Shown: piece after piece, positions 8,526-18,630 of the stretch
How the letters are laid out: every line of letters begins with the position of its first letter
Numbering within the stretch: the stretch's first letter is position 1
Source of the DNA: Candidatus Kapaibacterium sp.
GTDB lineage: Bacteria > Bacteroidota > Ignavibacteria > Kapaibacteriales > Kapaibacteriaceae
Assembly: GCA_022842685.1 (NCBI GenBank)
Contig: JALHPC010000001.1
Coordinates: 10,905 to 74,904 of the forward strand
Direction: 5' to 3'
Length of the DNA stretch: 64,000 nucleotides
The notes under the pieces: model-generated
Database searches by the model: none
What the model was told of the DNA's origin: nothing
What the model saw: the letters and a program-made list of their open reading frames with translations, nothing else
Program-made: the position numbers and the translations under genes

Positions 8526-10154
8526 TTATTCCCCTACCACCACCACGGCCGATGCCGTAAACGTACTGCTGCTGGACGCATCAACCACCTCGATGCGCAC
8601 GAAGTACGGCCCCGCAGCAACGGTTACATTATCGTCGTTCCTGCCATCCCAAATAGCACTACCCTGACGCCCCGCAAGTACGGCGCTTAACACTCGGCGT
8701 ACAACGTGTCCCTCAGGACTGTACACCGCAAGCGACACTAGGCCATGCCGAAATGGATGCTCAAATTCGAGCCGACATGGATGCAGGCGGTGGCCCACCA
8801 CGGTGCTAAACGGCGATGGCACACATCGCACCTGACCACGATATTCTGCCTCGCCAAGATCGACGCTGTTGGCGCGGCCTGGCGTGCCCCCATTCAGCGA
8901 CCCGCTACTTGCCCACGACGCTCTTTCCATGCCCGGCACGTCGGCCGCAAGGCGCTCTAGCGCTATGCCTTTGCGCGTCGGCAAACTACGCTGGTGCCAC
9001 AACGCATCTACTCGCACAATGTCGGCCAAAAATCCCGACGGCGTTAACAGCAACACGTCATCACCCGATGCATCGATGTTAAAACTGCGGCGCACAAATG
9101 CTAGACGTTGCCTGTCGGCTGCGTCCATCATACGTCGCACGTTTGTATCTACCGACACCACACCATATTCTCCCGGCAGCAGCAGCAACGGCCCCAGAAT
9201 CACTGCCGTGTCTCGGTGGCCATCAACCAATTGGTCTGCAAGCATCCATCCCTCTAAACGTACGGTGTCTGCTCCAGCATTGTATACCTCCACGTAGTCG
9301 CCAAGCTTGTCGCCGGGATCAAACATCACCTCGGTAATCACCAGCGTAGCAAACGACGGCGGCAATACCATCACGGCGTCAACAGTGTCGTTCTCAGACC
9401 TGTCGTCGCCCTTCTCGAGCCACGCCCGCACGGCCACGCTCCCCGTTGTTGTATGCAATTGGTCAACCGAAAGCACTCCCACCCACTCGCCGCCCACGTC
9501 GATAGGGGGCACCGAAAGACGATGGCGATGGCCTTCGACGTCAACCACGAGTGTACGCGGCGCCGAGCGCCGCATCCCCCACTGTTCTATCACAACGTCG
9601 ATACTCGGCAAACCGCCGCCAGCGCGAACGGTGGCACACCGCAAGTCGTGCTGCAGCCGCACCGTGCTGTTTAGCGTGCCACATGTGGCACTATCGCGCG
9701 CAACACATACGTGCCACGTTTCGCCGGTACGTTCTAACGACCGCCCCTTGACAAGAACGCGATAGAACGAAGAATCCACTACCGATGAGTCTTGCCGGCG
9801 TAGGATAACCTGATCGGTAGTGTTGTTCAGCGTTGGCAGAGGCAACTCCACAAGCACGACTCCACGGCCAATTGTGCGGCTTTCACGCAGCGAGGCCGTG
9901 TCGCGTACTAGCACGGCCCGCTGACCGGCGTCGAGCTGCACAGACGGAAGGCGCACACAGGTGCGATTGTCGCAGATGATCCATGACGACAGATCTACAC
10001 GTGCTGCCGAGGTGTTTTCGAGCTCGACCCATTCGGGCTCGCCGCCGGCAGGCACTGGGTGCACCTCGTTAATAAGAATTTGTGCTTGGGCCGCGGCATG
10101 GCTTACAACGCCTAAGACGACGACGAACCTGAGTAGCGTACGGGTGGTTGGCAT
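8526..10154 (-). CDS. Secreted lamin-tail-domain (LTD) protein with C-terminal FlgD-Ig/T9SS-like domain
   Basis: ATG 10154 gives the signal peptide MPTTRTLLRFVVVLGVVSHAAAQA. Two LTD-like modules (ILINEVHPVPAGGEPEWVELEN; LVITEVMFDPGDKLGDYVEVYN). C-terminal beta-sandwich SLAVYSPEGHVVRRV...WDGRNDDNVTVAAGPYFVRIEV. Confidence 0.75.
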   Translation of the reverse strand: MPTTRTLLRFVVVLGVVSHAAAQAQILINEVHPVPAGGEPEWVELENTSAARVDLSSWIICDNRTCVRLPSVQLDAGQRAVLVRDTASLRESRTIGRGVVLVELPLPTLNNTTDQVILRRQDSSVVDSSFYRVLVKGRSLERTGETWHVCVARDSATCGTLNSTVRLQHDLRCATVRAGGGLPSIDVVIEQWGMRRSAPRTLVVDVEGHRHRLSVPPIDVGGEWVGVLSVDQLHTTTGSVAVRAWLEKGDDRSENDTVDAVMVLPPSFATLVITEVMFDPGDKLGDYVEVYNAGADTVRLEGWMLADQLVDGHRDTAVILGPLLLLPGEYGVVSVDTNVRRMMDAADRQRLAFVRRSFNIDASGDDVLLLTPSGFLADIVRVDALWHQRSLPTRKGIALERLAADVPGMERASWASSGSLNGGTPGRANSVDLGEAEYRGQVRCVPSPFSTVVGHRLHPCRLEFEHPFRHGLVSLAVYSPEGHVVRRVLSAVLAGRQGSAIWDGRNDDNVTVAAGPYFVRIEVVDASSSSTFTASAVVVVGE

Positions 10155-10201
10155 TGCGTCCTTGTGCGACGACAAAGGACAAATGTGACGCAGCCAATAC
10201 G

Positions 10202-10696
10202 CTATCGCATACAACGCCCAACGGCTGCGGCTACCTGTTCTAGCGCCAAGACGTCATCGGACGTAAACCGTGCGAGATCTGGGCTGTCGATGTCGAAGAC
10301 GCCGATAAGCTGCCCACTCTGCGCATACACCGGAATCACAACCTCGCTGCGCGAAGCGGCGTCGCAGGCAATGTGGCCCGGAAATGCCTCCACATCGTCC
10401 ACCACCACGGTGCGTCGCTCTGCCGCCGCCGTGCCACATACGCCCTTGCCCAGCGGTATGCGCACGCAGGCCGGCAGTCCCTGAAACGGACCCAGCACCA
10501 GCTCGTGCCCACGCAACACATACCAGCCCGCCCAGTTTAACCGTGGCATTCCGTGATACACCACCGCCGCAGCATTGGCCATGGCTGCTATCATGTCGTC
10601 TTCGCCAAGCAATATGCCCTCTACCGCCTTCATCACGTCTTCGCGGTGAGTAGGGGGCACCGGTTGGCCTGGCGGCAATCCTGTAAAGGTATACAT
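10202..10696 (-). CDS. msrC: Free methionine-(R)-sulfoxide reductase (GAF domain, YebR/MsrC type)
   Basis: 164 aa. NWAGWYVL...LVLGPFQGLPACVRIPLGKGVCGTAAAERRTVVVDDVEAFPGHIACDAASRSEVVIP aligns by eye with E. coli YebR, including the three catalytic Cys. Confidence 0.85.
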   Translation of the reverse strand: MYTFTGLPPGQPVPPTHREDVMKAVEGILLGEDDMIAAMANAAAVVYHGMPRLNWAGWYVLRGHELVLGPFQGLPACVRIPLGKGVCGTAAAERRTVVVDDVEAFPGHIACDAASRSEVVIPVYAQSGQLIGVFDIDSPDLARFTSDDVLALEQVAAAVGRCMR

Positions 10697-10700
10697 GCGG

Positions 10701-10708
10701 CAAAACTA
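10701..10708 (-). promoter_or_regulatory. Candidate -7 promoter box TAGTTTTG, 4 nt upstream of the msrC ATG
   Basis: The minus strand reads TAGTTTTG-CCGC-ATG, an exact TAnnTTTG match in the 68-bp divergent spacer. Confidence 0.4.
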
Positions 10709-10764
10709 TGGGCAACAACCGGATTCGTTGCCGCTCCCAACCACATAGTGCCGATATTTGGATC

Positions 10765-12951
10765 ATGACAAAGCAAACCCTCGTGGCCCTGCTCCTGCTG
10801 TGTTGCCTTACGGCCAACGCTCAGGTACATCACTGCAGTCCTGTGGCGTCGGCAGAAATGTTCGACTTGCACGCCGTCATCACTCACGACTCCACCACGT
10901 GGTGCTTTGGCAGCTATGGCGCTGTACGCAAGCGCACTGGCAGCGGCGGGTGGGCGCTCATGCGCGATGCCCTGCCCGACACGCTCGACGTGCGCGCGGC
11001 CACCCGCCATGGCAATAACATGCTACTGGTAAGTGCCGATGGGTCGGTGGCTATCGTCAACCAAGATTTACACGTGCTGTTCCACGAACGCCTAGTGAAC
11101 AACATTCTCGACGTTCGGTCGGCACTGTTTGCAGCCGCATCCTGCGGTACGTTTAGTCTTGCAATACATGGCAAACATGCCACCGCCTTCGATGTCCGCA
11201 CGAACACACCTATAACGATTGCCCAGCCAAGTTCTGCCCAGTTCGACTGCTTTGCCTATACCATTTCCGACACGTCTGCGGTCCTGCTTTACCGCGCCGC
11301 CAACGAACATCCCGCCATGGTGGTGCGCGCGCGCGCTACCGCCACCGGCGTGGCCTTCGATACGTTGGCAATAGGCGAGGACGTGTCGGCTAACGCCAGC
11401 GTTATCGACTCGCAGTCTGTGATGTTGTTTCCCAACAGAATTACCAACGAAGCTCATATCCTCGACCTCGTCGATGGGTCGCGACGTGTTGTGTTTACAG
11501 ACTTAACCACGTGGTTCGTCCTCGTGCCCCCAATTGTGGTTGTCGATCAAGCCGGACGCCCCTACGGTCAGTTTGTGCAAATGAGAGGCCATATTCAAAG
11601 TCTCCTTCGCGAGTCGGAATTCCGTTTTACCACCCTGCCACGCGGACATACCATACCAGACTCGTACGTGTTTGACCGTTTAGCACTCTACGCCGATCAC
11701 GATGGTGCTATCACGATACCGAGTCTTGGTGGCGGACTCTTTAGCGCCGACCCACGCTTCGGCATGGTGTCGAGCGCATACCAGCCCCGCCGCCTGCAGC
11801 GTCTTGCCACGTCTCCGTACGGCAGGGTTGCCATACATTCTTCCGACACGCTTTCGGCTATTGTAGACGGGCTTCGTTCAACAGATCAGCCTAGCGGTGA
11901 GCCCTTTTCGTTCCGACTAACGTCAGCCAACAGCGGCCGCACGTGGCTGTCACACGTCGTACCCGACACTGTTGCTACAACGCTTGGCACCAGGTCCGAC
12001 TGGGCCTACCGTGCCGATGGCCCGGATGCACTGCTAGCCACCGTCCTGCGCGACACGATGTACGTATGGCATGTGAGCAACAAGCATGTTTGGACTCTTC
12101 GACATACCTTCCCGGCCGAGGGGCGCCCTGTTCACATCACCACCGATGCCGTCGTTGTTCAAGACGCATCTCAGGCACGCCGCTATGAGCTCGCTACTGG
12201 TTCTGCAGCCGACTCCTATTCTATTCCCCTGCTTGATCTGATAGCGGAGCCCTGGGGAAGTGCCGACACCTTCGCCTTGATGGGCCGCGAAGAGATCTTC
12301 GCATGGAGCAACGATGGTGGCCGCACCTATACCCAAACCACGCCAGACTGTGCCGATGGCCTTCTTAATGGTGGCACGTTTGGACTCGAAGCCGACTCGC
12401 TCTGGTGCAGCGTCGTAAACGGCGAAGCGCAGCGAATTCCCATCGGTGTTGTGCGTGGCACGATTCGCCGTGGCGGCGTGCTTAACGGCAGGCCGTTGTA
12501 TTATACCGGCCCATCTCGTGTAGAGTATTCGCGAGCCGCACTCTTCAACACAACCACGCTAAACTTCGACAGCTCCACCGTGGTACGCCGACGCCCCCCC
12601 GCCACCTACAACCCCGAGTTCCACGCTCTTGTGCAAGGGGCACCGGGCATAGCCGTGCGGCAAACCAATGGCGTCATCGACGTTGTTACCGAAGCCCCTT
12701 TATCGAGTGTCGATGAAAGAATAATGGCAGCCCAACGCACGCTACACCGCGCGGTGTGGCAGATATTGGAAGTACAAGCCGAAGCCGGCGATGTGGTTCG
12801 CATCGTCGATGCTACTGGCCGCACGGTGCATGTAGCGAGCACAATCGAGAACACAACGATTCAGTATCGACCGGCAACGGCTGGACTGTATGTACTGGTG
12901 GTAGTAGGGGCAATGGGCACGTACACAACGCCTGTTCTTGTGCTGCAATGA
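10765..12951 (+). CDS. Secreted BNR/Asp-box-containing beta-propeller-like protein with C-terminal sorting-domain-like tail
   Basis: ATG 10765 gives the signal peptide MTKQTLVALLLLCCLTANAQ. Asp-box-like SANSGRTW and SNDGGRTY. Tail VRIVDATGRTVHV...AGLYVLVVV resembles a T9SS C-terminal domain. Confidence 0.65.
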   Translation: MTKQTLVALLLLCCLTANAQVHHCSPVASAEMFDLHAVITHDSTTWCFGSYGAVRKRTGSGGWALMRDALPDTLDVRAATRHGNNMLLVSADGSVAIVNQDLHVLFHERLVNNILDVRSALFAAASCGTFSLAIHGKHATAFDVRTNTPITIAQPSSAQFDCFAYTISDTSAVLLYRAANEHPAMVVRARATATGVAFDTLAIGEDVSANASVIDSQSVMLFPNRITNEAHILDLVDGSRRVVFTDLTTWFVLVPPIVVVDQAGRPYGQFVQMRGHIQSLLRESEFRFTTLPRGHTIPDSYVFDRLALYADHDGAITIPSLGGGLFSADPRFGMVSSAYQPRRLQRLATSPYGRVAIHSSDTLSAIVDGLRSTDQPSGEPFSFRLTSANSGRTWLSHVVPDTVATTLGTRSDWAYRADGPDALLATVLRDTMYVWHVSNKHVWTLRHTFPAEGRPVHITTDAVVVQDASQARRYELATGSAADSYSIPLLDLIAEPWGSADTFALMGREEIFAWSNDGGRTYTQTTPDCADGLLNGGTFGLEADSLWCSVVNGEAQRIPIGVVRGTIRRGGVLNGRPLYYTGPSRVEYSRAALFNTTTLNFDSSTVVRRRPPATYNPEFHALVQGAPGIAVRQTNGVIDVVTEAPLSSVDERIMAAQRTLHRAVWQILEVQAEAGDVVRIVDATGRTVHVASTIENTTIQYRPATAGLYVLVVVGAMGTYTTPVLVLQ

Positions 12952-13550
12952 AGTGGCTTACCATTGTCGCCACGGCGACCGCGTTGTGTTGGTTTTGCTA
13001 TGGCTATGTAGACATTCCCGTTGCCGAATATATTCACACGAACACGACGCCGGCGCTACGTGGCGTAGGGGCGTTTCTTGATGAACTTGGCAAGTCGCAT
13101 TGGCTATTACTTTCCAACGCCGTTATCATTCTTGCTGCTTGGTTTACACAGCATCGTCGACGGGTACTTCGTTCACACGGCACGCTGTTTTTATCAATAG
13201 CAATAAGTGGACTATTAGCGAATGGTATTAAAGTCAGCGTTAACCGCGCACGGCCGCCACTGCTGTTTGATCAAGGCCAATACGGCTTTGCGCCGTTGAG
13301 TTTTCAGCTTGATTTTTTGCACAATAGTTTTCCGAGTGGCCATGCCACCACGGGCCTTGCCTTGGCCGTTGCGGGTTCGATGGTAGCACCAAAATATCGG
13401 TGGTTTTTTTGGACGGTAGGCCTATCAATTGCCGTTGGCCGTGTGCTGTACAATGTGCACTATGTGAGCGACGTACTGGCAGGAGCTGCACTAGGCGCTG
13501 CCACGGCCATCGTAGTGTCAGATATCATGTGGCGCGGAAAGAGCGGATAG
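12948..13550 (+). CDS. PAP2-family phosphatase (membrane)
   Basis: ATG 12948 overlaps the upstream TGA (ATGA). PAP2 motifs KVSVNRARPP, PSGHAT and GRVLYNVHYVSDV, plus hydrophobic segments. Confidence 0.85.
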   Translation: MKWLTIVATATALCWFCYGYVDIPVAEYIHTNTTPALRGVGAFLDELGKSHWLLLSNAVIILAAWFTQHRRRVLRSHGTLFLSIAISGLLANGIKVSVNRARPPLLFDQGQYGFAPLSFQLDFLHNSFPSGHATTGLALAVAGSMVAPKYRWFFWTVGLSIAVGRVLYNVHYVSDVLAGAALGAATAIVVSDIMWRGKSG

Positions 13551-14822
13551 GCGTTGCCGCAATACGTCGAGGCCCGGATTCGCCACACTGCCAATGTGGG
13601 CATGGTCAGAGATCGACGCGCCGTCCGGACGTACAAAGGACCCACGAGCAACGTCGTCGGCAATGCACTTGTACGCATCACGAAACGGCATACCGCCAGC
13701 TACGAGGGCGTTTACTGCGTCTACGGTGTATGCAAGATCGTACGCGCCATCATCCATCAACCCTTGCACTGGGGTAATGTGCGGCACAACGTGCTTGGCC
13801 ACATGTAGGCACAGGTGCATCTCGTCGATTCCTTCGATGATTCTGTCCTTGGTAAACTGTATATCGCGGTGATATCCACTGGGCAGATTCCCTAGCACGC
13901 TGCCAATGTCAAGGGGCAATGCCTGCATTCTGTTGCAGCGTGCGCGAAGCACTTCAAACACGTCGGGATTGCGTTTGTGCGGCATAATGCTGCTGCCGGT
14001 TACGAAGGCGTCGGGGAGCGTCACAAAGCCGTACGACTCCGAGCAGTACAATACAACGTCGGCCGCAAAGCGCGCAAGCGTACTGGCTACCTGCGCAAGA
14101 GCCATGGCGCACAGGCGCTCGGTGCGTCCGCGCGACATCTGCGCAAAGGTGCTAGTAACATGCAGGCGGTCAAAGTTCAACGCACGCGTTACAAGGTCGC
14201 GGTCAAGCGGAAGATTGCTGCCATAGCCAGCGGCCGACCCTAGCGGGTTTGCATTCGCGCCATTGATGGCCATGTCGAGAACGGCTACGTCTTCGATACA
14301 CGCTTCGGCATAGCCACCAAACCACAGCCCAAAGCTGCTGGGCATGGCCACCTGAAAGTGCGTAAAGCCGGGCAGGGCAACGTGCCGGTACTGCTCGGCG
14401 CATTCGAGCAACAGCGTTGCGAACTCAATTGCGGTGCGGCGTAGCGTGCGCATTTCGTGACGCAGGAACAGCTTCATATCCAGCGCTACCTGGTCGTTAC
14501 GCGAGCGCCCAACATGTATGCGTTTACCCACATCGCCACAGCGTTCCACCAGAATCTTCTCTACCTGCGAATGCACGTCTTCTACGCCGTCGTCGATGGC
14601 AAAGCCGTTGGCGTCGATCTCTTCAAGCAGTTCGCTCAGCGCGTGCACAAGCGTTGCGGCATCGTCGGCAGCCAGCAAGCCCACCTGTCCCAGCATCGTC
14701 GCATGGGCAATGCTGCCTACCACGTCCCACCGTGCCAGGCGAACATCCATTTGGCGGTCGCGCCCCACGGTAAAGTCTTCCATGATGCGATCGATTTCTC
14801 CGCCTTTGTCCCAGAGTTTCAT
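13518..14822 (-). CDS. argH: Argininosuccinate lyase
   Basis: 434 aa, MKLWDKGGEIDRIMEDFTVGRDRQMDVRLARWDVVGSIAHATML..., fumarate-lyase family signature GSSIMPHKRNP. ATG 14822 overlaps the argE TGA (ATGA). Confidence 0.95.
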   Translation of the reverse strand: MKLWDKGGEIDRIMEDFTVGRDRQMDVRLARWDVVGSIAHATMLGQVGLLAADDAATLVHALSELLEEIDANGFAIDDGVEDVHSQVEKILVERCGDVGKRIHVGRSRNDQVALDMKLFLRHEMRTLRRTAIEFATLLLECAEQYRHVALPGFTHFQVAMPSSFGLWFGGYAEACIEDVAVLDMAINGANANPLGSAAGYGSNLPLDRDLVTRALNFDRLHVTSTFAQMSRGRTERLCAMALAQVASTLARFAADVVLYCSESYGFVTLPDAFVTGSSIMPHKRNPDVFEVLRARCNRMQALPLDIGSVLGNLPSGYHRDIQFTKDRIIEGIDEMHLCLHVAKHVVPHITPVQGLMDDGAYDLAYTVDAVNALVAGGMPFRDAYKCIADDVARGSFVRPDGASISDHAHIGSVANPGLDVLRQRLSALSAPHDI

Positions 14823-15895
14823 TGTGTGGTTCCCAAAAATTCCCTCGTCAGTCTAGACATCTGTTCAAGACCGTTCTGCAGCTCGTCCAATCCCAACCAC
14901 TCGTTGGGCGTGTGCGATCGGGCGCTGTCGCCCGGACCAATCTTGAGCTTCGCTATGGGAGGCATCAGGGCCATGTCGCTCATGGTTGGCGACCCGTACG
15001 ATTCCATTCCCAAGCGTCTGCCTGCTTGCACCAGGGGGTGGTTGGCGTTGATGGCCGACGACCTAAGGCGCATCGACCGCGGCTCGACCGTGCTTGCTAC
15101 CTGCGCTCGTACGGTTGTCAGCACCTCTTCATGCGTATACACATCGGGCACGCGCACGTCCACCACAAAGCGGCATTCATCGGGAACAACGTTGTGTTGC
15201 TGCCCTGCCTGAATCTGCGTCACCGTCATCTGCACGCCACCCAATACTTCGCTCGTACGCGCAAAGGGCTTGCTACGAAACCATGCAATGTCGTCCACCG
15301 CAATGTCAATGGCATTCACTCCTTCATTACGCGCGGCGTGTCCAGTACGGCCGTGTGCCGTGCAGTCCAGCACTAGCAGTCCCCGCTCGGCTATGGCCAT
15401 CTTCATGCCTGTGGGTTCGCCCACACAGGCCACGGCAACGCCGTCGAACACACCTTCGCGCACCAGCCGGTCGATACCACCTGTACCGCTAATCTCCTCT
15501 TCGCACGAGCCTACGAACATCACATGATGGTTCCATGACGTGCTGGATCGCAGAGCCAGGAACGTCATAAGCATCGTTACCAGCGCGCCGCCGGCATCGT
15601 TTACGCCAAGTCCGGTAATACGTGTTCCATCGTTCACGGCCGCATGTGGGTCGGTATGCCACCCCCCACCAGGCCGCACCGTATCGTGGTGGGAATTAAG
15701 CACCATCCAAGGGGCATCGGCATTATTGCAGCGGTGGCGAGCGATCACATTGTTGCCGATGCGCTCTACAACGCAACCTTCACGCTCTAGAACGTCGGCC
15801 AGCAGACTGGCAGTTGCCGCCTCCTCCTTGCTAAACGAAGGCGTTTCAACAAGGCGTGTTAGGATGTCTATAGCGTCGGAAAGGGATGGGGTCAC
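14819..15895 (-). CDS. argE: M20-family N-acyl-ornithine/citrulline deacylase (ArgE-like)
   Basis: 358 aa, GTG start at 15895. M20 metallopeptidase motifs (LNSHHDTV, FVGSCEEEISGTGG). Translationally coupled to argH. Confidence 0.75.
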   Translation of the reverse strand: MTPSLSDAIDILTRLVETPSFSKEEAATASLLADVLEREGCVVERIGNNVIARHRCNNADAPWMVLNSHHDTVRPGGGWHTDPHAAVNDGTRITGLGVNDAGGALVTMLMTFLALRSSTSWNHHVMFVGSCEEEISGTGGIDRLVREGVFDGVAVACVGEPTGMKMAIAERGLLVLDCTAHGRTGHAARNEGVNAIDIAVDDIAWFRSKPFARTSEVLGGVQMTVTQIQAGQQHNVVPDECRFVVDVRVPDVYTHEEVLTTVRAQVASTVEPRSMRLRSSAINANHPLVQAGRRLGMESYGSPTMSDMALMPPIAKLKIGPGDSARSHTPNEWLGLDELQNGLEQMSRLTREFLGTTQ

Positions 15896-16286
15896 GATGA
15901 ATTTCGCCAGCGGATGTTCAGTCGGACGAAATTACGCCTTGGCGAACACCTGTGCCCCTTAATGGGGAGGGCGGGGTGAGCGGAGCATGAGCCCTGTTAG
16001 TAGGCGTCGTGGGATGTTCTAGACCGACGGTAAGTACGTACCATACAACAAAGCGAGGCAAGTCATCAAGAACAACAGCGTGAGTGGTTCAGCACAAACA
16101 ACACGACGGCTCGACGACGCGTAGTGGAAGGGTCGGCGACTGATGATTACGACTGGCAGACGTTTCTACAGGCGAATATGACACCGCGCCCAACTCAGCA
16201 CGCATTGGCTGACGAACGACGCTATACTACTATACTTGTGCGAATACTGTGCAGCAACCTTCCATATTCCGTCCTAATCTACCCAC

Positions 16287-18581
16287 ATGATTCGTCGTTG
16301 TCAAATCCTCATTGCAGTGACTGGCCTTCTTGTTCTTTGCCCCGTGTTGTCTTCTGCTCAGCGCACTCCAGGCAATGTATTCTCGCAAACCTATTCACGC
16401 GAAGATGGTCTTGTGAATTGCAGCATATCAAACGACGGGCTACACGCGATTATTCAGTTCGACAAACGCATCGAGTGTCTTTCGACGGCGAACGCTACGA
16501 AAATCTGGGGCCGCGAGTACACGAACGAATCAGAGCTGAAGGGGCATTGCATTATATGGACTAGCAACCATGAAGTGGTCGTTCCAACGGAATCGGGACT
16601 CGAATGGGTTGATGCCAATCGGGGCACTGTGCTGGCATTTGTCCCATTCCTTGTTGAGGGACTTGACAAACTCCTACATCAGGCGAGCAAACAGACCGAG
16701 AATTCGTATCAAATCCGGCCGCGTAGGTTTGGGAATGTCCTTCTCATTCCATTTACGACAGGATATCAACTCGTCGACCTAGTACATCGGCGCGAGTTGT
16801 ATCGAAGTGATGAAGTCCTAGATATGATACACATTGAACACTGTGGCCCAGCCGTGCTGATCTATGGAGAAATGGATACGGCAATCGTGTTTGATGCCGA
16901 TCAGGCGCGGATTCTGGCGAAGCACAGCGTTGCTGATGAACCGATCGATCGATGTCGGTATAAGAATCTAATCCGGCACAAGGACCAGGTGGCGATCATC
17001 ACGGAATCGAACGTTGTGTGCTATAACGGGGCCACTGGAGTAAGAACTGGAATATTAAAGTGCGATCTTGATGAAGTGGACACGTATGATCTCATCGTAT
17101 TGAAGGATGATCTTGTTTTGGTTACAAGCGCCGAGAACATCCTCGGTGCTTACAGTGTAGGCGAGGCCAAGCTGTTGTGGACGAGCTCATATCGCGAAGC
17201 CAAGAGATCTACCCCAACGGATGTTTGGCCCCTTCCGGATGGCTCGATCATTGTTGCTATGTTTGATATCGAATTCGTGCAGACTCTTGTTCGAATCGAA
17301 GGATCATCAGGGAGGATTATTTGGGAAAAACGCCTTGTGAAGTTTGGCAGAAAGGGGCGTCCTGGACTTGCCTACCAGAAGGTGTTTTCACTAGGCTTCG
17401 AGAAGAAGCAGCATGACAAGCCCAAACCACAAGTCTACTCCCCTGTTGTACTCGATTCTGTTGGGAAGCAGACATTTTACTCGCAGCAAGCGCTTGATTC
17501 CACGCGCCCATACCACGACTGGGAGTTTATATCGTTATTGAACCAGAAGTTCGTGCATCAAGACCGATACGCCGATGCTATGGTCCGCTACCTTGGACAG
17601 TACGACTCAGTTCTCGTATTCCAAACGGTTGGCGACCTTCGAAGGATGTGGGATGGAGCCGAGTCAGAAACCGAGTTCGATGCAGAGGGCATCATGCGAA
17701 TTGCAGCAAGCACAGGAAGCGTTGCATCGTTTATGCCGATTCCATTCGCGCGTGATTACAGCCGGTTGAATGTCGCCCTCTCCTTCTGGCCTATTCCAGT
17801 AGAGAGTGGTTCGCTGATCTTAGGGTCGCGCAATGTATCACTCCTTAAGTTGGATGGAAGTCTTGTATCAACCGAGTTTCCACTAACTGGCAAGAATAGT
17901 ATTAGATATGATGACGTTGGTAGGGATTACGTGTCGTTCTCATATAAGGATGACAACAAGAGCACCTCATATTGGCGGGTCACATTCTCGTCAACAGGTG
18001 CCAAGAGGGAGCTTATGGCATACTGTTACAAGTGTAATACGTTCGGCCAGTTCTTGGACAGTGCTCATGTACCTGTTACAATGAGACTAACCGATGGCCA
18101 GCTCGAGGCCTATAGTGTTTTGACAGAAGTTCCTTCGTCATGGCCCACGCCATTATGGAAACTAACGAGCGATCAACTCGAGGCAACAGGAATTGACGGG
18201 GTTGACGTCGGTGATGATAACAGAGGTTCAGAAGGCATCTATCCGTATGAAGACAAGATCTTCGTGTTGGGAAGGGATGCTCTAGGTGTCATTGAGGCAA
18301 GAAGCGGATGCCTAAGGACTATACCGTGGAAAGGTTACAATGAGAGTAATTCGAAGAAATACCGCACGTACGGCTTTGTTCCCCGTATGAAGCATGGTGT
18401 TGTATACGACACTGGAAACGAAGTCGGTTTCGTTAAGCTCGGTCAGACTTGTGACGCAACTCTCATTGGTTCGAACACCGAACCGCGCAAGGATTTGTTC
18501 CTCGCATATTCGTTACAAACAGAGTTGCTCTTTGTTATCGACACAGTGGATGACAGACTCGACATTTATCAGATTCGATAA
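16287..18581 (+). CDS. Orphan secreted protein, PQQ/BamB-like beta-propeller repeats suspected
   Basis: 764-aa ORF with ATG 16287 and signal peptide MIRRCQILIAVTGLLVLCPVLSSAQ. Recurrent x-T/S-G-x-x-(I/L)W strings (NATKIWG, GEAKLLWT, SSGRIIWE, ARSGCLRTIPW). GC is clearly lower than in neighbours. No recognisable catalytic motif and no T9SS tail. Confidence 0.7.
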   Translation: MIRRCQILIAVTGLLVLCPVLSSAQRTPGNVFSQTYSREDGLVNCSISNDGLHAIIQFDKRIECLSTANATKIWGREYTNESELKGHCIIWTSNHEVVVPTESGLEWVDANRGTVLAFVPFLVEGLDKLLHQASKQTENSYQIRPRRFGNVLLIPFTTGYQLVDLVHRRELYRSDEVLDMIHIEHCGPAVLIYGEMDTAIVFDADQARILAKHSVADEPIDRCRYKNLIRHKDQVAIITESNVVCYNGATGVRTGILKCDLDEVDTYDLIVLKDDLVLVTSAENILGAYSVGEAKLLWTSSYREAKRSTPTDVWPLPDGSIIVAMFDIEFVQTLVRIEGSSGRIIWEKRLVKFGRKGRPGLAYQKVFSLGFEKKQHDKPKPQVYSPVVLDSVGKQTFYSQQALDSTRPYHDWEFISLLNQKFVHQDRYADAMVRYLGQYDSVLVFQTVGDLRRMWDGAESETEFDAEGIMRIAASTGSVASFMPIPFARDYSRLNVALSFWPIPVESGSLILGSRNVSLLKLDGSLVSTEFPLTGKNSIRYDDVGRDYVSFSYKDDNKSTSYWRVTFSSTGAKRELMAYCYKCNTFGQFLDSAHVPVTMRLTDGQLEAYSVLTEVPSSWPTPLWKLTSDQLEATGIDGVDVGDDNRGSEGIYPYEDKIFVLGRDALGVIEARSGCLRTIPWKGYNESNSKKYRTYGFVPRMKHGVVYDTGNEVGFVKLGQTCDATLIGSNTEPRKDLFLAYSLQTELLFVIDTVDDRLDIYQIR

Positions 18582-18630
18582 CTGGATGTGATGAGAGTCA
18601 TTCTCGGAGCATAACAGCGGGCGTAATGTG

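Noticed and set aside
8328-8690. 120-aa ORF translating the tandem array as SVPQ/SVPR repeats
   Set aside because: It starts inside tRNA-Arg, runs through the terminator, and overlaps the 3' end of the convergent LTD gene. The array also changes period (13 to 12 nt), which is incompatible with a maintained reading frame.
15953-15959. TGCCCCT at 15953-15959 and 19941-19947, plus G-rich GGGGAGGG(C)GGGG / CCCCTCCCC strings at both edges of the low-GC insert, considered as target-site duplication or terminal inverted repeats
   Set aside because: A 7-mer match between two spacers of a few hundred bp is expected by chance. There is no recombinase gene, so this is not reported as a mobile element.
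16231-16238. TATACTTG 49 nt upstream of the 764-aa gene as a promoter box
   Set aside because: It has one mismatch to TAnnTTTG at a conserved T and no -33 element, so it is too weak to list as a feature.
16124-16564. 146-aa plus-strand ORF upstream of and overlapping the 764-aa gene
   Set aside because: It is out of frame with, and overlaps, the better-supported signal-peptide start at 16287. It has no motifs.
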